Shown: positions 11,292 to 24,100 of the stretch, in pieces
Numbering within the stretch: the stretch's first letter is position 1
Layout of the letters: each line of letters opens with the position of its first letter
Source: an uncultured Acidobacteriota bacterium
GTDB lineage: Bacteria > Acidobacteriota > Thermoanaerobaculia > UBA5066 > Gp7-AA6
Length of the DNA: 64,000 nucleotides
NCBI GenBank assembly: GCA_963724465.1
Contig: CAVRUT010000003.1
Coordinates: forward strand, 308,505 to 372,504
Direction of reading: 5' to 3'
Notes under the pieces: generated by a model
The model's database searches: none
The model's input: the letters and a program-made list of their open reading frames with translations, nothing else
Told to the model about the DNA's origin: nothing
Translations under genes and position numbers: made by a program

Positions 11292-11834
11292 TCAGTTCGT
11301 TCGAGCCAGATCGTGCCGGAGCCTCTGCTTGATCCGGCCCAACTTCGTGCCGACGTTCGATTCCGAGATGCCGAGCACCTCGGCGATCGTGTCGTAGCGG
11401 TTCCCGTCCAGGTAGAGAAGGACGAGCGCGCGCTCGAGCTCGTTCAGATCACCGATGAGCCGATGGAGCAATCGCAGTTCGTCCCTGGCGGGTCCGGCTT
11501 CGGGTGCGCCGGCGGCAACTTCAAGAAGGGCTTCTCCCGCCGGCACGGTGTGTCGCCTTCGCAGGGACTCCCGGCGGTAGAAGGAAATGGCGACGTTCAG
11601 GGCAATCCGGTACATCCAGGTCAAGAAGCGGTAGCGATCGTCGTACCGGTCGAAAGAGCGCCAGAGCTGGACCGCCATCTCCTGAACGAGGTCGCGCCTG
11701 TCCTCCGCGTTGCGGCAGTAGGCGCCGGCGACCTTGTGGAGGATCTTCCGGTGCTCCTCGAGCAGCCCGACGAACCGCTCCTCCCGCGCGGGTTGCGGCA
11801 TCGGCCCCCATCTTTTCACCACGGCGCTCGTCAT
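11292..11834 (-). CDS. ECF-type RNA polymerase sigma-70 family factor
   Basis: Region 2 (DLVQEMAVQLWRSFDRYDDRYRFLTWMYRIALNVAISFYRR) and region 4 HTH (YDTIAEVLGISESNVGTKLGRIKQRLR). Confidence 0.9.
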   Translation of the reverse strand: MTSAVVKRWGPMPQPAREERFVGLLEEHRKILHKVAGAYCRNAEDRRDLVQEMAVQLWRSFDRYDDRYRFLTWMYRIALNVAISFYRRESLRRRHTVPAGEALLEVAAGAPEAGPARDELRLLHRLIGDLNELERALVLLYLDGNRYDTIAEVLGISESNVGTKLGRIKQRLRHDLARTN

Positions 11835-12036
11835 TTCTGCCTCATCCCATGATTCGCGCCGCGGACGGGAAAATCACACCTTCGGCCCCGTCTCCCTCCC
11901 GTTTTCTGCGCATCGCGCCGGGTCGCGAGGACTGGCCCCGCGCGAGCTGTCGAGTCCCCTGACGACGAGCGCTCTGCCGATCTTTCGATCCGGTTGGCTC
12001 TCGACACCCGGCCGCCCCTCGACTAGGTTGGAAACG

Positions 12037-14745
<2,709 letters not shown>

Positions 14746-14927
14746 GTTGCCGATGAGGTGCTCGGGGGCCTGAAGGAGGAGGAAACGGTCGTCCTCCATC
14801 CGAGCGAGCGGATCGAGGACGGCGTTCGCGTGCCCGCGACCGGATAGGGACGCACGGCGGCCGGGTTGATGCAAGCGCACCATTCGGGAGCGGCGGCTCC
14901 GCGGGTAGGCTCCTCGGCGTGGAGCCC

Positions 14928-15820
14928 ATGAAGGTCCTCGTCGGCGTCGATTTCTCCAAGGCCTCCGACGTGGCCGTGCGGGAGGTCGGCCCAAAGGCCG
15001 TGGCCGCCCGTGCACGCTCGTTCGCCTCGTCGCGGTCGTCGAGCCGCTCGACTTCGCCGCTAGCGGGGTCTTCGTCGAACGGTACGTGAAGAGCGAGACA
15101 GACGAGGCGCAGGAGCGGATCCTGAGCCTCGCCGAGGCCCTGCGAAAACGCGGCCTGACCGTCTCCACGATCCTCGCTCCGGGCTCGCCGCGAACCGAGC
15201 TCGCGGAGCAGGCGAAGGAATGGAAGGCGGACCTCGTGGTCGTGGGCTCCCGCGGCCGGGGGGCGCTCAAGCGCGCCGTGCTCGGAAGCGTCGCCCAGGC
15301 CGCCGTCCGGCGCTGTCCCTGCTCGGTCGAGATCGTGCGGCCGCGACGCAAGAAGAGCGAGCAGGCCGCCTTCTCGATCCTTCTCGCAACCGACGGGTCG
15401 GAGCCGTCCCTCGACGCCGCCCGCTCGGTCGCCCGACGTCCGTGGCCGACCGGAACCCGAGTCCGGGTCGTGTGCGTCAGCCGCGGCGCGCCGGCGCTGA
15501 AGGAGGGATGGGCCATTTCGACGGCGGCCGGACGCCGCATTGCGGCCGAGATCCAGGAGGGCGCGGCGCGGGCGGCCTCGGCGACGGCCGCCCTCCTCCA
15601 GGGCACCGGGCTTTCCGTCTCCGAGGAGGTCCACAAAGGAGACGCCCGCGAGCGGCTCATCGAGCAGTGCCGGACGGGCGACGTGGACCTGCTCGTCGTG
15701 GGCTCCCACGGGCGCCACGGGCTCGACCGGATGCTCGGAAGCGTGTCCGGGCACGTGGCGATCCACGCGCCGTGCTCGGTCGAGGTGATCCGGGCCGCCG
15801 CAGACAGCGGTCCGCGGTAA
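14928..15820 (+). CDS. tandem-domain universal stress protein (frame change near 14990)
   Basis: MKVLVGVDFSKASDVAVREV.., then ADLVVVGSRGRGALKRAVLGSVAQAAVRRCPCSVEIVR and VDLLVVGSHGRHGLDRMLGSVSGHVAIHAPCSVEVIR, giving two UspA domains. Confidence 0.8.
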
Positions 15821-16081
15821 CTCGGACGGAGGACGGCTCGCGCGGCCCGCCCCGTGGTCCGAGAAATCCGCGTGGATTCACTCGGATTTGCGGCGAGAAC
15901 AGTCAGACAGCGAGGGTGTTCGAGCTAAAGTCCCCCATCTCGTCCCGAGGCGGAACCTTTGAGACGAAGGCGCCGTCGCGCTTCTTTCCGATCGGAACTC
16001 TCCTGGTTTTGGGGCGCGCTCCTTGAAGCGATCGGGCTGATGCGTTCGCACTATCCGGGCTCCCCGGCCGAGCGGTAGCCT

Positions 16082-17340
16082 GTGACGGTGAGCGGGATCC
16101 GGAGCCCGGCAGCGCAAACGATCGAGAAACCGCGGCAGTTTCCCGTCACGCCGAACCTGCTCGACTACGAGGCGACGTGCGCGTCGTTTTCCTGGGATGC
16201 GGCACGCTCCGAGCTCGCCGGACTTCCCGGCGGCCGCGGGCTCAACATCGCCTACGAGGCCGTCGATCGGCACGCGCGGGGCCCGGCCGCGACGGCCTCG
16301 CCCTGCGTTTTCTCGGCAAAGACGGCGGCGTCCGCTACTTCACGTACGGGGACCTCGCCAACTGGACCGACCGCTTCGCGGCGGCCCTGCGCCGCCTCGG
16401 CGTGCAGCGCGGGGACCGTGTCTTCGCCCTCGCCGGCCGGATCCCGGAGCTCTACGTCGCGGCGCTCGGAACGCTGAAGGCCGGCGGCGTCTTTTGCCCC
16501 CTCTTCTCGGCTTTTGGTCCGGAGCCGATTCGCCAGCGGCTTTCTCTCGGCGACGCAAAGGTCCTGGTGACGACCGATCTCCTGTACGCCAAGAAGGTGG
16601 CCGCGCTCCGCGCCGCGCTTCCCCGGCTCGAGCACGTCCTGCTCGTCGGCTCCGAGGGCGCCGTGATCGCGGTCTCGGGCACAATGGATCTCGGAGCGCT
16701 TCTCGCCGCCGAAAAGCCGGGCTTCGCCATCGCGGAGACGGCCCGGAGAACATGGCCCTGCTCCACTTCACCAGCGGCACGACCGGAAAGCCGAAGGGCG
16801 CCATCCACGTTCACGAGGCCGTCGTCGTTCATCACATGACGGGCACCTTCGCCCTGGACTTCCACGCGGAGGACATCTTCTGGTGCACGGCCGATCCCGG
16901 CTGGGTCACGGGAACTTCCTACGGGATCATCGCTCCCCTCACGCACGGCATCACGAGCATCGTCGACGAGGCGGACTTCGACGCCGAGCGGTGGTACGAA
17001 ATCCTCGAACGGGAACGGGTCACCGTCTGGTACACGGCGCCCACGGCCGTTCGGATGCTCATGAAGGCCGGGCCGGAGCCGGCTCGCCGGCGAGAATCTT
17101 TCGCGGCTCCGGTTCATCGGCAGCGTCGGCGAACCGCTCAACCCGGAGGCGGTCCTGTGGGGAAACGAAGTCCTCGGTCTCCCGATCCACGACAACTGGT
17201 GGCAGACCGAGACGGGCGGTATCATGATCGACGATGACGCCGCTGCGACATCAAGCCCGGCGATGGGCGGCCGCTGCCGGCGTGGAGGCGGCCACTGCGG
17301 CGGGATGAGCGACGCGAGATGCGGGGGACGGCGACGTCGG
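16082..17340 (+). pseudogene. acsA: AMP-forming acetyl/acyl-CoA synthetase (AcsA-like), N-terminal ~420 codons only, with internal frame changes
   Basis: ..[13 protein letters not shown].., ..[28 protein letters not shown].., ..[20 protein letters not shown].., ..[38 protein letters not shown]. Homology stops abruptly near 17340 and the C-terminal ~230 residues are absent. Confidence 0.8.
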
Positions 17341-17665
17341 AGCTCCTCCGGCAGGGTGATGAAGAAGAACGATGTCTTTTCCGGATCGGTCAGGAGCAGC
17401 CGCCCGTGTTCCATCCGGTCGCGGAAAGTCAGGAGGTAATCCATCAGCGGGTCGGCTTCCTTCTTCTTGGTGAAGGAGAGCATTTCTCGCAGGGTCTTGG
17501 CTTCTTCGCGGCTCTTCAACATCTTGTTGACCCAAAGCGAGTAGACTTTGGACATGCTGAGCAGTCTCCGCGCGTTGGCGGTCGGCGCCGTGTCGAACGC
17601 GTAGACGTCGTACTCGTTCTTGAACATGAGGTCGATCATGTTCTCGAACATGGCCGACTCCTCGA
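17340..17665 (-). pseudogene. ArsA/GET3-family ATPase fragment (middle part)
   Basis: Reverse strand reads [109 protein letters not shown] (the ArsA DTAPTG-type switch region). Visibly lower GC than its flanks. No start or stop of its own. Confidence 0.7.
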
Positions 17666-17683
17666 GAGGCCGGGACCTCGCCA

Positions 17684-18128
17684 TGCATCGTCGCCGACCC
17701 CCACGAGCTCCTCTGCTTCGTCGAGATGCTCCGCATTCGCCGCTTCGAGGAGAAGTGCGCCGAGCTATACAGCGCGACGAAGATCCGAGGCTTCCTTCAC
17801 CTCTACATCGGCGAGGAGGCGGTCGCCGTCGGGGCCCTCCAGGCGCTGACTCCCGAGGATGCCGTCGTCGCGACTTATCGCGAGCACGGCCAGGCGCTCG
17901 CCCGGGCCTCACCGCCCGCTCGATCATGGCCGAGATGTTCGGCAAGGTCGAAGGCTGCAGCCGCGGCCGCGGCGGCTCGATGCACATCTTCGACGCCGCG
18001 CGGCGCTTCTACGGCGGCAACGCGATCGTCGGCGGCGGACTGCCGATCGCCGTGGGTCTCGCGCTTTCCGACAGCTCGCGGGCCGCCGCCGCATCACGGC
18101 CTGCTTCTTCGGCGAAGGGGCCGTGCGG
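17684..18128 (+). pseudogene. pyruvate/acetoin dehydrogenase E1 alpha subunit, N-terminal ~145 codons only
   Basis: ..[112 protein letters not shown]. It then breaks off, and the TPP-binding C-terminal half is missing. Confidence 0.75.
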
Positions 18129-18385
18129 AGGGCGAACTTCAGGAACCACTTGATCTTCTCGCGGATCTCGGTCTTGCTCCGCTCGATCGTGTCCTTGTTC
18201 TCTCGTAGGCCCAGAGGTTGGGGTCTCCTTCCACCGGCGTGTGCTTTCCGAGAACGTCCTGGCCCAGGAGGTTCGTCAGGCTGTGGACCGGATTGGTCGA
18301 GGCGAGTATCGTCCGCCGCCCCTGCTGGGCGTGCCATATCGCGGTGGCGGCCGCGAAGACCGTCTTGCCGATTCGTCTGCAGCGA
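18128..18385 (-). pseudogene. ArsA/GET3-family ATPase fragment (N-terminal part)
   Basis: Reverse strand reads [57 protein letters not shown] / [23 protein letters not shown], i.e. the end of the P-loop plus the following ~85 residues with one frame change. Lower GC than its flanks. Confidence 0.7.
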
Positions 18386-18407
18386 AGAGTGGCAGCGAGC
18401 GCCGCCG

Positions 18408-19408
18408 GTGCCGCCGACCGGCAGGAGCCGGCGGACCACCTATCGCGAGGCGCTTCGGGAAGCGCTGCGCGAGGCGCTCCGGGCGGACCCGCGGGTCTTC
18501 CTGATGGGCGAGGACGTCGGCAAGTATGGAGGGTGCTACGCGGTCAGCAAGGGGTTGCTCGACGGGTTCGGGCCCGAGCGCATCCGCGACACGCCGCTCT
18601 CCGAGTCGGCCTTCGTCGGCGCCGGGATCGCCGCGGCGCTCGGGGGCTTGCGACCATCGTCGAGGTCATGACGGTCAACTTCAGCCTCCTCGCGCTCGAC
18701 CAGATCGTCAACAATGCGGCGACCCTCCTCCACATGTCGGGGGGCCAGCTGCCCGTGCCGCTCGTTCTGCGCATGACCACCGGCGCCGGCCGGCAGCTCG
18801 CCGCCCAGCACTCCCACAGCCTCGAAGGCTGGTACACGCACGTTCCCGGCCTGCGAATCCTGGCGCCCGCGACTCTGGAGGACGCGCGCGGCATGCTTCC
18901 TTCCGCGCTGTCCTGTCCGGATCCGGTGATCCTGTTCGAACACGGATCGCTCTACAACCTGGAGGGAGAGCTAGACGAAGGCGCGGGGCCGGTCGACATC
19001 GAGCGCGCGGCCGTGCGCCGCCCGGGCCGCGACGTCAGCCTCATCGCCTACGGCGGCATGCTCGGGCGCGCGCTCGAGGCCGCCGGGCTGCTCGCCGGCG
19101 AGGGCATCGAGGCCGAGGTCCTCGACCTGAGGGTGCTCCGCCCCCTCGACACGAAGGCCATCTTGGAATCGGTCGCCCGCACCCGGCGGGTGGTCGTGGT
19201 GGACGAGGGCTGGAAGACCGGGAGCCTCTCGGCCGAAGTCATGGCGCGCATCATGGAAGGCGCGTTTTACGAGCTGGACGCGCCCGTCGCGCGCGTGTGC
19301 TCGGCCGAGGTGCCGATCCCCTTCGCGAAGCACCTCGAGGAGGCCGCGCTTCCCGGGACCGCCTCGATCGCGGCCGCCGCGCGCGCCGTCCTGGGCCGCC
19401 GTGGCTGA
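18408..19408 (+). CDS. pyruvate/acetoin dehydrogenase E1 beta subunit (one frame change near 18660)
   Basis: GTG 18408, ..[74 protein letters not shown] / [54 protein letters not shown].. Confidence 0.85.
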
Positions 19409-20511
19409 ATTCCGCATGCCCTCGCTGGGCGCCGACATGGAGGCGGGGGTCTTGACCCGATGGCTCGTCAAGCCGGGCGACCGCGTGCAGCGAGGCGACA
19501 TCGTCGCCGTCGTCCAGACGGAGAAGGCCGACGTGGACGTCGAGATCTTCGCGACCGGGGAGATCGAGCGGATCCTCGTCCCCGAAGGAGAAAAGGTTCC
19601 GTGGGCACCGTCGTCGCGATGCTCCACGTCGAGGGCGAGGCCCCGGCGGCGACCGCTCCGCCTGCGCCCTTGGCGCCCGCCGCGCCCCGAGAGCGCGTCC
19701 GGGTCTCCCGGCGGCTCGGCGGCGTGCGGAAGAGCTCGGCTGACCTCTCCGTCATCCAGGGAACCGGGCCCGAGGCTTCGATCACGCTCGACGACGTCGG
19801 CAGAGCAGCCGCACCCGGCCGGCCTTCCGAGGCGGGGCCGCCGGACCGCACAGCGGCCATGCGCCGCGCGATCGCCGCCGCGATGTCGCGATCCAACCGC
19901 GAGATCCCCCACTACTACCTGTCGACCGAGGTCGACATGGGCGGTGCCCTCGAGTGGCTCACCGCCGAGAACGCGAAGAGGAGCGTCGCCGAGCGCGTCC
20001 TCCCGGCCGTTCTGCTGCTCAAGGCCGTGGCGCTCGCGGCTCGCGACGTCCCGGAAATGAACGGCTTCTGGACGGACACCGCCTTTCGGCCGAGCCCATC
20101 CATCCACCTCGGCGTGGCCATCTCCCTGCGAGGGGGCGGGCTCGTGACGCCGGCCCTCCATGACGCCGACCGCAAGCCACGGCCGGAGCTGATGCGGGAT
20201 CTCTCCGACCTCGGGCGCGGGCGCGGGCGGGCTCGCTGAAGAGCTCCGAGATCTCGGATCCGACGCTGACGGTCACGAATCTCGGCGACCTCGGTGTCGA
20301 GAGCGTCTTCGGCGTGATCTTCCCGCCGCAAGTGGCCCTCGTCGGCTTTGGCCGGATCGTGGAGCGCCCGCGCGTCCGCGGCGGCGCCGTCGTCGCTCGA
20401 CCGACGGTTCTCGCCAGCCTCGCCGCCGATCACCGCGCGAGCGACGGCCACCGGGGTGGCAGGTTCCTCTCCGCGATCGACGCCGCGCTGCAGAGGCCGG
20501 AGGGCCTGTGA
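19401..20511 (+). CDS. dihydrolipoamide acyltransferase (E2) with lipoyl, E3-binding-like and catalytic domains, several frame changes
   Basis: [48 protein letters not shown] (lipoyl-Lys motif), ..[19 protein letters not shown].., ..[14 protein letters not shown].., ..[48 protein letters not shown] (catalytic DH motif). GTG start overlaps the E1 beta stop. Confidence 0.85.
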
Positions 20512-20786
20512 GCACCGCTCCGAGCGACGCGGAGCTTCGTAACGCCGTATTCGCGGCGCTCCGCAAGGTGGCGCCCGAGATCGACCCGGCGGCGATCGGC
20601 CCCTCCAAGAGCCTTCGAGATCAGACGGACCTCGACTCGATGGACTTCCTGAACTTCGTCATCGGGCTGCACGCCACACTCGCCGTCGAGATCCCCGAGT
20701 CGGACTATCCCCGGCTCTCTTCCGTGGACGCGATCGTCGACTACCTGCGCGGGCGCCTGCCCGGCGGGGCCGCGCCCCAACGCTGA
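20508..20786 (+). CDS. acyl carrier protein (phosphopantetheine-binding)
   Basis: 92-aa ORF with [19 protein letters not shown] (DSL/DSM Ser attachment motif). GTGA overlap with the E2 stop indicates translational coupling. Confidence 0.8.
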   Translation: MSTAPSDAELRNAVFAALRKVAPEIDPAAIGPSKSLRDQTDLDSMDFLNFVIGLHATLAVEIPESDYPRLSSVDAIVDYLRGRLPGGAAPQR

Positions 20787-20802
20787 GGCCTCGGGCGATC
20801 GG

Positions 20803-21021
20803 TCAGCGGGGCCCCGGCTCGGGCCACTCGACGGCGAACTCGGCTCCACACACCGGGCAAAGGGTCGCTTCCGCCAGCGTTCCGCCTTCGACCAGGCCCT
20901 CGTACTCGTCCTGGTCCACTTCGTTGCCGCGGGATTGCCCCTGCGCGATCGCGCAGGCCCGCGAGCAATAGAGAACGCCGTTCTCCGCCAGGAACCCCAT
21001 CACCTCGAGCTGTTCATCCAT
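20803..21021 (-). CDS. small acidic Cys4 protein (72 aa), unknown function
   Basis: MDEQLEVMGFLAENGVLYCSRACAIAQGQ...LCPVCGAEFAVEW. It has CxxxC and CxxC pairs, is convergent with the ACP gene and lies upstream of ndvB on the same strand. Confidence 0.5.
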   Translation of the reverse strand: MDEQLEVMGFLAENGVLYCSRACAIAQGQSRGNEVDQDEYEGLVEGGTLAEATLCPVCGAEFAVEWPEPGPR

Positions 21022-21190
21022 CGTTCCCTCCCGACGTTTCGACCCATGCTCTCGTTTCCGGCGGGCCCCCGCATCCTCCGTTTGCATCACCCCGGGCGGC
21101 GGCACATCTCACCGGCCGGAAGACTGGTTGCTGCAGAGCGCGTGCAGCGCACCGCCACCCGCCCGCTCGCTCGCCCGGGACCTCCCATCG

Positions 21191-24100
21191 CTAGCCCAGC
21201 ACGACCGCGATCCGGTGCTCGCGGCCGTCGTCGGCGAGCGGGATTTCGCGGCCCGTGACCGGTCCGCCGTCGAGCGAGATGCTCGTCACGCCGCGCATCG
21301 CGCCCCGGGGGTTCTCCACCGTGAGCCGGTAGCGGGCGGAGTGGTAGCGAAACTGGATCTCGTACCCCGGCCAGGCGCGCGGGATGCAGGGGTCCACGTG
21401 CAGGACCGTTCCGCGCAAGCGGAAGCCCAGGATCCACTCGACGCCCGCGCGGTACATCCACGCGGCCGCGCCCGTGTACCACGTCCAGCCGCCGCGCCCC
21501 GCGTGCGGATGCTCCGAATAGACGTCGCCGGCCATCACGTACGGCTCGACCTTGTAGCGATACAGGCCCGACCGCGTGCTGGAGTGGTTGATGGGGTTCA
21601 GGATCGCGAAGAGCTCGCCGGCCTTGTCGCCGTCGCCGAGAGCCGCGAAGGCGATCATGGCCCATACCGCGGCGTGCGAGTACTGTCCCCCGTTTTCCCG
21701 GACGCCCGGCGCGTATCCCTTGATGTAACCGGGCTCGAGAGCCGTGCGGTCGAACGGAGGCGCGAAGAGTAGAACGAGCCCGTCGCCCCGCCGGATCAGG
21801 TGCTCGTCGACGGCCGCCATGGCCCGCCGGCCCCGCTCGGGATCGGCGGCGCCCGAGATGACCCCCCAGGACTGAGCGATCGAGTCGATGCGGCACTCGT
21901 CGTTCGTCGCGGATCCGAGCGGCGTCCCGTCGTCGAAGAAGGCGCGCCGATACCAGTCGCCGTCCCACCCGTCGCGTTCGAGCGCGAACTTCAGCGCGTC
22001 CGTGTGAGAGCGCCAGGCGAGAGCGCGCTCGTGTTCCCCGCGCTCTTCGGCCAGGCGCGCGAACTCGTAGAGGTTCGTGTGGAGGAACCAGCCCAGCCAG
22101 ACGCTCTCGCCCTTTCCGCGCTCGCCGACCCGATTCATGCCGTCGTTCCAGTCTCCGGCGCCCATCAGTGGCAACCCGTGGCGGCCGACCGCAAGGCTCC
22201 GATCGAGCGCCCGCGCGCAATGCTCGAAGAGGGACGCCTTCACGGAGGACACTTCCGGCTGGAAATACCGATCGGTCTCCCCCGGCTCGAGGGGCGACGC
22301 CCCGAGGAACGGGACCTGCTCGTCGAGCACGCCGCGATCGCCGGTGATCTCGACGTAGTGGTGGGTCGCGTAGGGCAGCCACAGCAGATCGTCGGAGATC
22401 CGGGTTCGCACCCCCTTCCCTTCGGGATCGTGCCACCAGTGCTGGACATCGCCCTCCTCGAACTGCCGCGAGGCGGCGCGCAACAGCTGCTCGCGAGTCA
22501 GCTCCCGTCGAGCGACCGCGAAGGACATCGCGTCCTGCAACTGGTCGCGGAAACCCCAGGCGCCGCCCGCCTGGTAGAAGGCCGCGCGCGCGTGGAAGCG
22601 ACAACCGAGCGTCTGGTAGAGAAGCCACCGGTTGAGCATCAGGTCCATCGAGCGGTCGGGCGTCCGGACCTGCAGCGCGGTGAGCGTGTCCTCCCACTCC
22701 CTCCGCACGGCGGCGAGCGCGACGTCTAAATCCTGCGACCGATGCCGGGCGACGAGCTGCCGTGCCTCGAGGGCGTCCCGGCCCTGGCCGAGCAGGACGA
22801 CGACCTGCTCGCGCTGCCCAGGGCCCAGGCGCAGCCGCACCTGCAGCACGGCGCAGGGATCGAGACCGGCGCCGGTGCGCCGCGAAAGGACGGCCCCGCG
22901 CGCCAGTCCCGCCGGGGCGTCGAGACCGCCGTTACGCCCGAGAAACTCCGTGCGATCGGCCGTCCAGGCGTCCTGTGCGCCCCCGACGTCGGCGAACGCG
23001 ACGCGTCCGGCGAAGGCTTCGTTCCAGGAGTTGCGCGCGAAGATCGCGCCCGTCTCGGAGTCGAGCTCGGTGACCACGAAGGGAGCGCCGGCCGCTCTCT
23101 GCGAACCGAGCACCCACTCCGCGTAGGCGGTGACGGTGAGCGTCCGCGGAGAGGAGGACCGGTTCTCGACCGACAGCCGCGAGACCTTGACCGGGTCCTC
23201 CTGCGGAACGAACACCGTGAGGTCCGTGACGACTCCCCGGTGCTCGTATTCGAAGCGGCTGTACCCCTGGCCATGGCGCACGACGTAGGAGCCGTCGCCC
23301 CGAATCGGCAGCGGCGTCGGACTCCAGATCTCCCCCGTCTCCTCGTCCCTCAGGAAGAGAGCCTCTCCGGGCGGGTCGCTCACCGGATCGTTCGACCACG
23401 GCGTGAGCTGGTTCTCGCGACTGTTGACGGCCCAGGTGTAGCCGGACCCCGACTCCGACACGAGACATCCGAACGAAGCGTTGGCGAGGACGTTGATCCA
23501 CGGGGCCGGCGTCCACTGCCTTTCGCCGAGCAGAGTGACGTATTCCCCATCCTTCTCCGAAAAGCCCCCCAGTCCATTGAAGAACTCGAGAGCGATCCTC
23601 GGCGGCGGCACGCTGGCGGCAGGCGGGCGCGCCGCGACCGGCTGCGCGGCCCGCGAGGCGGGAACGCGGCGCAGCAGCCGGATGACCTGCTGCGCGAGCG
23701 TGCCCTGCCGCGAGAGCAGGACGACGCGGGCCGCCGCCCCGAGCGCATCGCGCTGCTCGCCGGTGAGCGTTTCCCCGCGCAGCACGAAGACGCGCCCGGT
23801 CGAGTGCTCCGAGGCAACACCAGGCGCACGGCTGCCGGCGCGGACGAGCGACTCGAGTGTGGCGCCCAGCTCCGGGGAGTAGGACGCCGGCTGCTCGTTC
23901 ACGATCACGAGATCGACCGCGAGGCCCTTCATCTTCCAGTATTCGTGGGCGCGCAGGAGCTGACGCACGATGCCCTGGTCCTCGACCTGGTCGATGCGCA
24001 CGAGCACGATCGGGATGTCGCCGGAGATTCCGTGACCCCAGAAGACCGGGGCACCCCTGCGGTTTCGCACGAGCGTCTCGACCGGAGCGCGCAGGGTGGG

